The position numbers and the translations under genes were made by a program. From NCBI RefSeq assembly GCF_009914755.1, contig NC_060928.1: DNA of 64,000 nt. One strand, 5' to 3'. Shown in pieces: positions 29,131 through 43,589 of this stretch. Every line of letters starts with the position of its first letter. Within the stretch, counting starts at the first letter, position 1. Source of the stretch: the human T2T-CHM13v2.0 reference genome, Homo sapiens. The notes below the pieces were generated by a model that was given only the letters and a program-made list of their open reading frames with translations, did no database searches and was not told where the DNA came from.

Positions 29131-30769
29131 TAAAGTAATGACAAATATACAAGCACTATTGCTACCAAGCTGATAATTCTGGATGAATTCAGATTACACA
29201 GTCAAAAAGATTTAGTGTTTATTAATACCATTTTCAAACAGTAAGGAAATACAAAATAATCTTGAAAGGAAAATGTGACATTTCTTTGAACTCTACAATA
29301 CAAGTTGATATTATTCTATCCTATTCAAGTTAAGTTTTTTTGAAAAATTTATGAGGCCTATTATAGAAATAGAAAATCATCACTACCAGATTGTCTCCTA
29401 TGTGAAGGGCCACTATTCACATTTGATGAACAGAATGAAACATCTAAGGGCATCAGAAAAAATAGTTAAATTATTAACTTAATGAATTGTAATATTTTGT
29501 GGTTGGTAATCTAAAAGAGAAAATTCAATTAACACAAGTTGTGCCCATACTTGTCTGTGGGAGGAAATATCAAAGTAACTATACAGTAGTGAGTTGAAGT
29601 TTAGAGAGGAATACAGATTCTGTGAACGTGCTTTATGATAATATAAATAAGTAATGTATTACAAAAGGATGGTGTTGAATAATATCATAAATCAAAAGAA
29701 ATGTTAAAGGTAACTACAAATAAATGTTTTATTATCATCACCGGGCAAGACATGAAAATAGCAAGGTGCTAACTAAGTCTTGAAACATAACTCAAAGAAA
29801 TGTTACTCAGATAAATATATACCTATCTATAAGGGCTTACTGTACATTAAAACTGGATTCATTGCTACTGGTAAAAATGAATTTGACCTACCCAATCACA
29901 TTAAATTCCACAGATACCAAATATATTGGTAAGTTTTGTTTCTTCCCCCTTTCTGCTAGTGGTAAACTTTTCCAAGAGTTTATTGCACAGATGAGAAAAA
30001 AATAAAAACAGTCTTCATTAATCCTGTTGTCACTTTTCTCACAAATTTCTTCTTATGTATAGAAAGCAAAAGTGTTGCTATATCATTTGTGGTCGCTATT
30101 GAGCTGAAGTTTAGTTTTTATATGTTCCTATTAGAGATTCATGGATCAGCTAAAAATAACAAATAATAAATAAATGAGATACTATTTTAAAAAACATAAA
30201 TCATTTCTGATTGGTCCTTGCAGGTAACAGGAGAAAAAAAAGATTCTTTAATAGTTGTCATCATCATTTCTAGCCAGTGGAATTGCTGTATGTTGTTGAC
30301 CCTTCCACCACACCAAGAGGTTAAGTAGAGGTTGCTTCTGGCTATTGGCAGAGTTCATGTCTCACTAATTATGTTGAAGCTGCACTCTGCAGAGATTATG
30401 CTGTGTGAAAATGGAGTGGATTGACTCTTTTCCATACTTTTAAAAGAAAACCTATATATTTGGGGAAAAAGAAAAAAGAGCAGAAAATGCCAGCTAAAAA
30501 TTAAAGCTATTATGAGATAATTTGTCTATAAAGTTTATGAAATTTTGAGTAAATTTCTTGCAGTATGTTAAAAATGAGTGGAGCATCTCTGGTTACAGAT
30601 AAGAAACTAAATACCCCAAGAATTGAACACCTAATCAGTAATTAATAGCAATGTGATAGGCTGCAGGTGTAACTCAGAATTCTTTTGGCTACACAAGTAC
30701 TTTGAATCAATGTGAAAATGGTAAGTGTTATCAAGCTTCCCAGAAAACTGACACATCTTCTGATTTATT

Positions 30770-31212
<443 letters not shown>

Positions 31213-33154
31213 TTTTAGTTTTGCAAAATATAAGCTGTTCTATTTGCATATGATATTTTTCTTAATTCATTCAATTAGATTGCATCATCTTCATATATTT
31301 AAATCCACAAGTTCATCTTTCTGAGAAAATTAGGAAAAACATTTTTCTTATAATTGGTGACTAAAAATTATCTTTCTTATCTAAAATATTATCTTGTTTG
31401 TGTCTTCTTAGCTTAATAAAAGTCAATATAAGTGAATATTTTCTACACTATTGGACAATACTAATTAAGTATTAATTACCATAGTGAGTTATAAATTGCA
31501 TTTATATATTTGTTTAATGAAGTGTCTGCTATATATGTCAACAAGAACAAAGGAAAATTAAGGAGTGTAATATCCAGAGTAACTGGAAGTTTAAAGAGAT
31601 ATAAATTAAGGGAAACATCCCTTATAAAAAAAAGTAGTAGTAAAGTACATATGCTAATATGCTTTTTATTAATTTTTTGAAAGCATGGATTAAAGGAGAA
31701 CATAAAATGAATTAAAACGTGATTATATTTTTGATGTTAGTGAATAGGCCATACAGCCAAATATAGCACTTGGGCTCACACAGGTGAAAAATAGTCAAAT
31801 CAAGATTCCTACCAATAAAAGCCTGCCTTTGCCTGTGTAGGTAAAAGTAAATTGAAATTTGCCATGTTACTAGAGATCCGATGGAACATCCATTGACTGA
31901 TACCGATCTTGAGGTCCAACTACTCGTTAGCACTCCAGGAAATTGATTGAATTCAGACTCTTCAGTCTTAAACTTGTCTTTTAGACCCTTGTCATTAGTC
32001 TCTTCTGGTCAGTTTAATAGAACATGAGTCCAAGATAAGAGGTTCACTGAATACCGTGGTTGGTAATACTGTCTTGTGTCTCTCAATTCTATTGTTCCCC
32101 ACTCCCCCAGTCAACTTTAATGCTATCTTGGAGATTAATTTTCATAATATAGCAAATGAAATAGACAACATAGAATAATGCAGAAAGAATTTCTCAAAAT
32201 GAATATTAAAACACATGGGGACATTTTATTGTTTAAACTGGAATGAGAATTTATTTGAAATAAAGCATATTAATGTTAAATTACGTATATAAAACCCACT
32301 GTTCTCCATTTTTGAGAAAATATTCTAATTTTACATTAGTCACTCTTTAATTATTTTTAAAGAATTAAACTAGAAAAACAGTGCACCAGAGTCCCTAACC
32401 TTTGATATAATATCTAAAATACATTAAGCTTTAACATTTGTTCTTTTAATTAACTAATATCATTGGGCAAATAGGCCGAAAATTTTCTATGTGTATCTAG
32501 TAATACTTATACCTCAGTTAACAAAACACAAAAGGAAGAAATAATTGCGTGAAAGAAATCAATACTAAACAAAAGCAGAACTTTAAGTAAAAATTTAGAT
32601 TATTTTATCATGCAATTGTGTATAATCTCAATTTTCTTTTTAAATACAATGTCAAAAAAGTGAAAAGAAAAATATATTAATGCATTGAAATGTAAGGGAA
32701 TGATAAGCATTCTAATGTTGCAAATTCATAAAGAGATGACTAAGATTGATCAATTTACTTTTCACGCTAAGATGGTGTTAATATGCATAATGTATCTTTA
32801 TATATTAGTGTATATCTATCAATCTGTCTATTAATAGATCTGAAAGATAATGGATGCCTGTTTGGATGATAAAGTCATGTGAAGAAAACCTAAGTCTTCT
32901 CATCCCTAACAGTGTGCTCACGAGTATACTGGGGATGCTAAATTTCATCTTTTTTTTTCTACTTAACAAAATGACTTGGAGCTTTTTTTTCCCATAGCTG
33001 CTTACAGAAATACATCATATTTTAAATCACTGTAGTATATTTTACAGAAAATGTAATACACAGGCACAACAAAAACGACTTTCCAAAAAGAAGTCTTTCC
33101 TTTTTCAGATGACTAGTTAACCTCCCAGATAAATCACTAATGCTCTGTGTGTAA

Positions 33155-33163
<9 letters not shown>

Positions 33164-33191
<28 letters not shown>
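33164..33191. repeat. (CA)n microsatellite
   Basis: About 14 CA units. Confidence 0.93.
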
Positions 33192-33193
<2 letters not shown>

Positions 33194-33194
33194 T

Positions 33195-33780
33195 GGGCTT
33201 TATAGCAGCACAATATAGTGGAATATTCCACTTGACAATACAATAATTTATTTAACCAAAAGTCTATCCTTACTATTTTAATTCTTTGTATCCATTTGCT
33301 CTTACAAAAAAAGAAACACCATAGTATATATCTATATACTATTTTTATATCCGTACCATTTATATTTGTGTACACATTTGCATAGGTGTGAGAATGGTTT
33401 TTCAAATAAATTGTAAAGACTACAACAGATAGAGAGAAAAGATATATGAATTTTAAATTGTAATATATATTTCCAAAAGGTCCTCCAAAGAAGCTTTCTC
33501 AATTTTGTGGTTGGCAACAATATATGAGAATTGTTTCCCCACACGGTTGCCATAATGATATATTTTCAATATTTAACTTCAACATCAATTTGATGAGAAA
33601 AAAATATTTATTTTTTTCATTTCTTTAGTTTTAAGTAAAGCTGAATCTGCATGTTAAATGTGAGTTTTTATTTTACTGTTATCTATGTATTTATAGCTTT
33701 GTTAATATTTAATTCAATTACTTGCGCCTTAAAAATTCTTTCACATTAGAATAATTAGTTTTTTGTCTATTATATTACTT
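33195..33780 (-). mobile_element. Old L1ME fragment
   Basis: Antisense L1 3' ORF2/UTR motifs (CAACAATATATGAGAATTGTTTCCCCACAC; TTTCATTTCTTTAGTTTTAAGTAAAGCTGAA). Confidence 0.5.
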
Positions 33781-34069
33781 TGCTCCAGTATGTCTTTTAT
33801 CTCCAATGATTTCCCAGTATTTTTCTCAATTTACTTTTCATTTAGACAAAGATACATTTTAATTGCATATTAAAAATTAATTTACTTTTTGGTTAAATTT
33901 TTTTCAAGGTAGAATTATCTTTGCTTCTTAGAACATAGAGGCAGTGACAGCATGTTGGAGATTTAGATCTTCATGAATTCTTTTCAGATTTTAGGTTATA
34001 GAGTCTTCATTAATTCAACCAGGGAAATAGAAAAACAGAGGAAGTTGCTGCCCTGATTGTACTCACTTT

Positions 34070-35785
34070 CTTTTTTTTTTTTTAATTACTATACTTTAAA
34101 TTCTGGGGTACATGTGCAAAACGTGCAGGTTTGTTACATAAGTATACACGTGCCATGGTTGTTTGTTGCACCCATGAACCCGTCACCTACATTAGGTATT
34201 TCTTCTAATGCTATCCATCCCCTAGCACCCCCCACCCCCAGACAGGGTCTGTCTGGTGTGTGATGTTCCCCTCCCTGTGTCCATGTGTTCTCATTGTTCA
34301 ACTCCCACTTATGAGTGAGAACACGCAGTGTTTGGTTTTCTGTTCCTGTGTTAGTTTGCTGAGAATGATGGTTTCCAGCTTCATCCATGTCCCTGCAATG
34401 GACATGAACTCATCCTTTTTTTATGGCTGCATGGTATTCTATAATGTATATATGCCACATTTTCTTTATCTAGTCTATCATTGATGGACATTTGGGTTGG
34501 TTCCAAGTCTTTGCTATTGCAAATAGTGCCACAATAAACATACATATGCATGTGTCTTTATAGTACAATGATTTATAATCCTTTGGGTATATATCCAGTA
34601 ATGGCATTGCTGGGTCAAATGGTATTTCTAGTTCTAGATCCTTGAGGAATTGCCACACTGTCTTCCACAATGGTTGAACTAGTTTACACTCCCACCAACA
34701 GTGTAAAGGTGTTCCTATTTCTCCACATCCTCTCCTGCATCTGTTGTTTCCTAACTTTTAATGATCGCCATTCTAACTGGCATGAGATGGTATCTCATTG
34801 TGATTTTGATTTGCATTTTTCTAATGACCAGTGATGATGAGCTTTTTTTCATATGTTTGTTGGCTACATAAATGTCTTCTTTTGAGAAGTGTCTATTCAT
34901 CTCCTTCGCCCACTTTTTGATGGGGTTGTTTTTTTTTTTTTTTCTTGTAAATTTAAGTTCTTTGTAGATTCTGGATATTAGCTCTTTCTCAGGTGGATAG
35001 GTTGCCTGTTCACTCTGATGATAGTTTCTTTTGCTGTGCAGAAGCTCTTTAGTTTAACTAGATCCTATTTGTCAATTTTGGCTTTTGTTGCCATTGCTTT
35101 TGGTGTTTTAGACATGAAGTCTTTACCCATGCCTATATACTGAATGGTATTGCCTAGGTTTTCTTCTAGGATTTTTATGGTTTTAGGTCTTATGTTTAGT
35201 GTTTAATCCATCTTGAGTTAATTTTTGTATCAGGTGTAAGGAAGGGGTCCAGTTTCAGTTTTCTGCATATGGCTAACCAGTTTTCCCAACACCATTTATA
35301 AATTAGCGAATCCTTTCTCCATTGCTTTTTTTTGTCAGGTTTGTCAAAGATCAGATGGTTGCAGATGTATGGTGTTATTTCGGAGGCTTCTGTTCTGTTC
35401 CTTGGTCTATATATCTGTTTTGGTACCAGTACCATGCTGTTTTGTTTACTGTATCCTTGTTGTATAGTTTGAAGTCAGGTAGCATGATGCTTCCAGCTTT
35501 GTTCTTTTTGCTTAGGGTGGTCTTGGCTATGCGGGCTCTTTTTTTGGTTTCATATGAAGTTTAAAGTAGCTTTTTCTAATTCTGTGAAGAAAGTCAATGA
35601 TAGCTTAATGGGGATAGCATTGAATCTATAAATTACTTTGGACAGTGTGGCCATTTTTACAATATTGATCCCTCCTATTCATGAGCATGGAATGTTTTTC
35701 CATTTATTTATGTTCTCTTTTATTTCCTTGAGCAGTGGTTTGTAGTTCTCCTTGAAGAGGTCCTTCACATTCTTTGTAAGTTGTT
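34070..35785 (-). mobile_element. L1PA7-like 5'-truncated element (about 1.7 kb)
   Basis: Poly-T and the L1PA7-type 3' UTR (GTGCCATGGTTGTTTGTTGCACCC...CCCCTAGCACCCCCCACCCCC). ORF2 fragments appear in ORFs 34470-34670 and 35196-35435. Confidence 0.93.
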
Positions 35786-38654
35786 TAAAGTCTTAGTTAA
35801 ATTTTATGGACTAATTGCCTATGATATACATTTTCAATTTCTTTTTTTAGAAATAGTTTATGTACAATCTTTGCAGAACATGTTTGTGTATATTGGGATG
35901 AGGTAGATACACCACATATTTTTTTCCAGTTGATTTATTAAAGAATCCTGTGAAACTCTGGTAGTATAAGATTCAGTCTCCTTCAGAATCCTTTCTTACC
36001 TTTGTCCATTTTATTTTATTGCCATTGACAACTTTTTGTTCTTACCATGAGTTGGGAACAATAATGTCTTCTGGTGTCATCAATGACACAGTTTCTATTT
36101 TGATTTCTCATTCCCATTGTTTTTATTAATTTAAAAGAGGAAATAATGCAGAGAGAATTTTACTTTGGTTTCTCAGTCTGAAGGTTAACAAAGATATTGG
36201 TTTTGTTACCTAACTTTTTGTGGATTTGCATACAGGATTACAAAGAAATTTTTCCATCATTTATTTAAAGCAACATTTATTGCTTTGTTATTTAGAGAAA
36301 ATGTAAAATCTTACTATTTGTGCATTCCAGACCTATTATGATAAGCACCATTAAAGGTAACAGAAATTGTGTGCTGCTTAGAGACCAGTCAGAAAAGAAT
36401 CCCTATATGCAAGCAAAAGAGAGCAGTCTGGGATGATTGGAGTTCTTTTTATGTAATCACTTTAAATAAGTTTCAGACCAGGAATCTCAACAGGAAATAT
36501 CTGGAGGAGGTAGAATCTGCATCAAATTGTTCAGTTACCTAAAAGTTCCTTATGAGATAGGCCTCTTTTCAACTGAATAATATTTTAAAATACTTAATGA
36601 AATGGAGCATTCTAAATCTGAAGTTGTTTGGAAGAGGATAAGTGAAGTCAGTACCCACATTGAAGGATGTGCTTAAAATAGCTAGATTTCCCATAGCAGC
36701 GCAGTAGATAATTGACACCTTCTCCCTTCCTTTTTCTCTTTCTTTTTTTTCTAAAGTGTAGATTTGGCAGAACTGCAAGCTAAAACTTGAATTGTGAATA
36801 CTGTTTATAAAGTGTTCCAAGTCCCTAAAAAATTAAAAACCTCATGGTTTCCAGTTTTAAAATATGATTAATGTCTGTGAGATATATCCACAATATTATC
36901 ATCACAACATTATAACTTTGAAACAACAATGGAGAAATAATTTAATAAATTATTGTATATTCTTATGGTTGAGTGTTATGGGTCATTACATATACTATTT
37001 ATCAAGAACTCTTGTTATTACATGGGATAAAGCCACTGATATAATATACAGGAGGAAAAGAGTTGAAAATAACATGTATTGTTTGAACTAGCAATGTAAA
37101 ATTATACTCACAGATATTTGGAATAAACACTTATACACAAAATATCAACTAAATGAAGACAATGAACTATGAAAAACAATGTTTAATAGAAATTTGGAAA
37201 ACACACATCAATAACCTGTGAAATAGTTTGGCCTCACCTCTCATATAATTATTCTTTCAACAAACCTACATAAAAATATTTCATAATATCCCCTCTCAAG
37301 TCGTCATGACAGGTCCTTTTTTTCTCCTAAATCACTTTCATCTTGAAGGTCTAAGTGTGTTTTTCATTTAAGAGAAGAGGATACAATGACAATTTTTCTT
37401 TCTGGAAAAAAAGGATCTGAATAAATAACATTTTTGTAAAAACCACAGAGATATCTACAGGTTTCATAGCACCTTCTCTTAAACAAGTCCCTGATTATTA
37501 TGTTTTGGGTCATCCCACAAACACCATGTAGCTTGGTGTTTGTCCCTCTCTGCTAGTTCTGCTGAAGATCTCTGCTAACTGTGCATCTTGTCTTGGAGAT
37601 GTCATTGCCCATGACTGGAATGCCGGTGTCTATGAAGACAGTGATATTGGTGTATTACTCAAGTGAATTATCATTTTGGTTCTGAATTGAGTTGTATTCT
37701 ACTCAGTGAGACACAAGAAGAACCTCCTTCTTAATTCTGTGCCACATTTTGCAAATACACACATGTACACAAACATAAAGAACATTTATTTTTAAAATAT
37801 CTACTTTTTACTTTTCTTGGGGGTTCAATACCAGCTTAAAGGATCAAGTGAAGGACCAAAGACCTCCCATATAATTTATTCCTTTCTTGTTCCTTTTTCT
37901 CTTCTGCTCACCTTCATTACCTACAATAATTCAATATTACCAAATCCTAATTTCCTTCTTCACCTGAACTTACTAAATATATTCTTTCATGCATGCAATA
38001 GGAGACCTACCTACTGATAGAACCCTTGAGTGCTGGAGTATATTTGTGCATGCAAGGACACCTATGTGGAAGGAAGTAGTGATGGAGTGATTTTCTATCT
38101 AATGCAGGATCAAAATGACGAGACTACCTTGTTATACTACAGGCCATTCTGATAAACCAATGGGAATAGACACAGTAATTGACATCCTAGACTGATGAAG
38201 GAAAATCTGTGGGATAGATTGATCATTTGCCTGGAGTAAAAATATATTTACTATGTTATATTACAAGTTATATCTGGGATAGGGATTAAAGCAGGGTGGA
38301 AAATATCATTTGTAGGCACCGTTTCAGATTCAAGTTTTACCAAAAAACAAACATCTGTTTGCTTAATCAAGAGACACTAATTAGTTATCATGGATGGATA
38401 TTAAGGTTGATTTAAAAATTTTCAATGAGTTAAGTAACCTAAAGGATTGTCTGCAGGACTCATTTTGTTAACAATAATTAACACTGTATTGTGCTTTTAT
38501 GCTTTTAGTTCATTAAATTACCTTTGGGGACTAGGATAAACATAAAATTCACTTATTATTTTATTGGTCTCAACATAGCTGGCAAAAAAAAAAACCTAGA
38601 TGTGTCTCTGAGACATGGCATTTAAGACTTCATCTTAAAAATTCTTACCTGTAA

Positions 38655-39150
38655 GATTATAAATCATTCTACTATAAAGACACATGCACACTTCTGTTTA
38701 TTGCAGCACTGTTCACAATAGCAAAGACTTGGAACCAACTCAAATGCCCATCAATGATAGACTAGATAAAGAAAATGTGGCACATATACACCATCGAATA
38801 CTACGCAGCCATAAAAAAGGATGAGTTCATGTCCATTGCACAAACATAGATGAAGCTGGAAACCGTCATTCTCAGCAAACTAACACAGGAACAGAAAACC
38901 AAACACCACATGTTCTCACTCATAAGTGGGAGTTGAACAATGAGAACACATGGACACAGGGAGGGGAACATCACATACCAGGGCCTGTCAGGGGTTGGGA
39001 GCTAGGGTAGGGATAACATTAGGAGAAATACCTAATGTAGGTGACGGGTTGATGGGTGCAGCAAACCACCACGGCACGTGTATACCTATGTAACAAACCT
39101 GCACGTTCTGCACAGGTACCCCAGAACTTAAAGTATAATAAAGAAAAAAA
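38655..39150 (+). mobile_element. L1PA7-like 3' end (about 0.5 kb)
   Basis: ATTATAAATCATTCTACTATAAAGACACATGCAC...GGGGCTAGGGTAGGGATAACATTAGGAGAAATACCTAATG...AACTTAAAGTATAATAAAG followed by an A tail. Confidence 0.93.
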
Positions 39151-41048
39151 TTATTCCATGTTCAAAAGCACCTTTTTTTCTTTCAGTTTTTATAGAAGTC
39201 TGACACAAACATCCGTGCTTTCTTTTTTACTGCCTGGAGAAGGCAAATACCATTGACAAAATCCTTGCCTATTTACACTTACTCTCATGTGTTATTTTCA
39301 TTATTGCTTTCAAGGTGAACCTGATCAAGAGATTAATAAGTCCTTGTGAATATGTGAAAGAACAATTGTAATCGTTTTCCTCCCAGGAAAGGAGTCCCTC
39401 AATTCAAGTATGATTTACTTTCTGTTTATGGCAATAGCTGTAGGAATGCATTGTACAGGTATTAACATGCATTAAGGCATAAATCACAGAAATACAGGGA
39501 TAGAGAGAGAGAAAGGAAAGGTTGCTATTTTAGGCAAACAAGGGAGCTTTGTATGCTGGTTGTGAAACCTGCCCTGTCAGGATTAGCAGAGCTAATTCTG
39601 TCAAGGCTCAGTGGAGTTTGACACGACTGCATTCACAAGAAAGCTGCAAAGGTCGTATTATGCACTGTGTACCTTTGGGGAGCTTAACAGAACCAATTTG
39701 GACCAATTCTGTCAAAAGAACATCTAAGTAACCTAGAAGAATAAGCCTTTGAAAAGAAGTTTATGAGGCTTGGGAACGGGAAGCAGGAGAGGGCTATATG
39801 TCAAACTATTTTTCTCCCTGAGTCAAAATTGGATATCACTACTTTTGAAAAGCTTTGCCACTCACAAGAAAAGAATGCTAGACAGAAGCATGAACGTAGA
39901 GATAGAAAAAAAAAAAAAAAAAGCCATCAGGGCTTTTAGAGTGGTTTTCGCCAAATTTACAACTGAAACTTTCCAGCTTTTCTGAGGCCCAGGGAATTAC
40001 TGGGCTCTATAGGAATAAAGGGAGAACATTTCTGCTCACTAATTTAGAAATCTATTGTTTGCAAGAGAAGAGTAACCTCAGCCTCTGATGACTGCAGTCA
40101 GAATGGCCTGCACCAGAGATGAAATAAAACTCATGGAAATAAACATAGACATGATTCTTACCCAGAAATATAGATAATTTCAACAGCTGATCATGGTATA
40201 AGTTATTTTTCTACTCTACCCTTGAATGAATAGGATATAAAAATAAGCTTTTCTTAGCCAGTGTGCTAACTTTTCCAATGAGATAAATGAGGTTTACTAA
40301 GTTATTGCAAGTAGCAATAAATTATAACATTTGTTTAAAACTCTATTGAGCAAAGCTTCCTGATGTTATTGAAGAGCAAAGCTTTGAAGAGCAAAGCTTC
40401 CTGATGTTACAATATCAGACATAATTAAGAGGGCATGGATAGTCACTGTCTTTCTCCTCCTGCTGGAATCAATACAAGTATATCTTTTTCTTCTTAATAG
40501 CAACAAATTCCGATTTTATATTTTTGGTGACTTGGCAACAATTTGGATTCTGAAGAGACTGGAAATAAATTTGTAAGTGTCTTGTTTCTCAACATAGGAT
40601 TATCTACTTTGACATGGGATAAAAAAATAACCGTTTGAATGATTAAACACATTCATTTGGCATAGTAACTGGAAAAAATTACTCTTTAAATTTTGGCACT
40701 AAGAGCCTCTTGTTCATTTAAAATCTATGCTGAATTATGAAGTGTTTTTGATCAGCTCTTTGTTATACCAGGCGTAATAAGTACTAGTCTTTCTAGTGAT
40801 GTTATATTAAAGAATTCCATGGACCAACATACTGTCGAAGATGTCACTATTGTGTCTTTGGTATTACTTGCCTCTGGATAAAATGTGATTCTCTGTGTTC
40901 TGCTCTTTTCTGTCTTTGGCTCATGTAGCAGCTGGTTTTGCTTTCTCTTCATTAAGTTTTCTAAGCATCAACACGTTCATGGTACTTCTCATTTTCAAGT
41001 TAGTTATCATTCTTGTATGGCCTTTCATTAACTTTTGGAAGCTTGTGA

Positions 41049-41363
<315 letters not shown>

Positions 41364-41899
41364 CTTGTGAGTTCTAATAATTCCAGCATACAAGGCACAC
41401 TTTTCTCGCAGTCTGTGATCTATTTGCTATTACCGGATGGAAAGATGCCAGGGGCTTTTAGTTCTGTAGGTGGCCAGCAAGAATTAAGTTTTTCTTTCTC
41501 CTCCCTTCAGAAATCTATGTAAAAATAAGTTCAAATTATACAAAGCACAATTATTCCTACATTTCCAAGTTTCTTTTTACAAAACACTCAGTTAATCAGA
41601 ATGATGAAATCACACCACTTCATCTACACTTTAAACTTAACCGGCAAAATTATGTGACTTGACTTAAAATTTTAATGGCAGAAATCTTCCTTAGTGAAGT
41701 TCGTTGGTCTCTTGAAAAGAGTCATTCTAATGATAAAAAGAAAAGGATGACTTGAGTGACTGAATATAAAGTGATATGCTAAATAATAATTTAAGAGTGA
41801 TAACAGGGATATCCTAATGGAAACTGTTGGAACATAGTGGCCAACAAAACATGCTGGCTATTCTATTAAGGTTATAATTGATTTTGGATGTGCTGTGTT

Positions 41900-42050
41900 T
41901 AGCTGGGTTTTAATTCAGACTCTTCAGCTTGCTATATGGGTTGCATTAGGCACATTTCTTATCCTTACTAAGTTTCATCTTCTCCTCTATAAACTAGGAT
42001 TAACAGTACTGTCCACCCCAAAAGTTGTTAGTTGTCAATTAGTGATAAAA
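41900..42050 (+). mobile_element. MIR fragment
   Basis: CTGGGTTTTAATTCAGACTCT...GGCACATTTCTTATCCTTACTAAGTTTCATCTTCTCCTCTATAAACTAGGATTAACAGTAC is the MIR core. Confidence 0.6.
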
Positions 42051-42224
42051 AACATGATCCACACAAAATGGACACAACTGAAAAAGTCACTCAGGAACTC
42101 ATCAGCAACTGGATACATATATCAGAACTCATCTATTTCCTCTCAGAAAAATGCGTAGATTGATGAGTGTCACTAACTACTTAAATAACTACTCTGATGA
42201 TAATATCCACAGATAATCTCTTCT

Positions 42225-42345
42225 ATTGGTGCTTCTCAACTTTAAATCACTTTGGGAGCTTTATACAAATCATCATACCGAGGTACGATCCATCCTGAGA
42301 AATTCCGACTGATCTGGGTCATAACCCACATAATTTAAATGTCTC
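42225..42345. mobile_element. MER5-like hAT fragment
   Basis: TGGTGCTTCTCAACTTTAAATCACTTTGGGAGCTTT...GAGAAATTCCGACTGATCTGGG resembles MER5A. Confidence 0.4.
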
Positions 42346-42569
42346 CTAAATCTGAGAATATTAAAATCTTTGTACATAGACTTATTCTCCTGGTCCTATT
42401 ATATAAAAATAATTATTAATTTTAAAAAGCATGTAACCTACTAAATGAATCAAACCAAAGTGTCTAAAGCTGCATCTTAGTTCTGTGTGATTAAAACTGA
42501 TGGCATATGCTCTTTTGAAACCTCATGGGAACAATAATATAAGGCTTGTTTTGTAATAAAAAACAAGTC

Positions 42570-43415
42570 TTATGCAACTGATAAGCATATGAAAAAAAGA
42601 TATACATTACTGATCATTAGAGAAACGCAAATCAAAACCGTAATGAGATACCATCTCACATCAGTCAGGATGGCTATTATTAGAAAGGCAAAAAATATGA
42701 TGTTGGGAAGGTTGTGGAGAGAAACGAATGCTATACACTGTTGATGGGAGTGTAAATTAGTTCAACCATTGTGGAAGACAGTGTGGCAATTCCTCAAAGA
42801 CTGAAAGAGAGAAATACCATTCGACCCAGCAATCCCATTACTGGGATATACAGGAATATATATTGTTATATTATAAAGACACATGCACACGTATTTTCAT
42901 TGGAGCTCTAACCACAAACGTGTGTTCATTGCAGCTCTAATCACAATAGTAAAGATGTGAAATCAACCCAAATGCCCATCAAAGATAGACTAGGTAAAGA
43001 AAATGTGGTACATGTATGTACACCATGGAACACTATGCAGCCATAAGAAAGAATGAGATTTTGTTCTTTGCAAGGACATGGATGGAGCTGGAAGCCATTA
43101 CCTTTAGCAAACTAATGCAGGAATAGAAAACCAAAACCACATATTCTCACTTATAAGTGGGAGCTAAATGATGAGAACATGTGGACACGTAGAAGAGAAC
43201 AACACACACTGGAGCCTATCAGAAGGTGAAAGGTGGGAGGAGGGAGAGGATCAGGAAAAACAATTAATGGGTATTAGGCTCAATACCTGGGTGATGAAAT
43301 AATCTGTACAACAAACCCCCATGAAACATAAACATGTTTGTTACATATTTACCTATGTAACAAGCTTACATATCCTGTACATGTACCCCTCAACTTAAAA
43401 GAAAGTTTAAAAAGA
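42570..43415 (+). mobile_element. L1PA15/16-like 3' end
   Basis: ORF2 C-terminus followed by the 3' UTR GGGAGGAGGGAGAGGATCAGGAAAAA...TACCTGGGTGATGAAATAATCTGTACAACAAACCCC and an A-rich end. Confidence 0.88.
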
Positions 43416-43589
43416 ACTTTTATGCTTTTTTTAAAAAAAAATATTTGTTTGTTTCTTTATAAGTTTAGTGGGAATGAAACATGAGACAAAAATGCTGCTT
43501 TCCTGTTGCCTTTCAGATTGCTGGAAGTCTGTCCTTCATACCTGAGGAAAGTTATGTGAAGAGCCTTTTGAGATAAAAAGAGGAAACAG

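Noticed and set aside
33022-33553. 127-aa minus-strand ORF
   Set aside because: It spans a (CA)n repeat and decayed L1ME, and has low-complexity composition.
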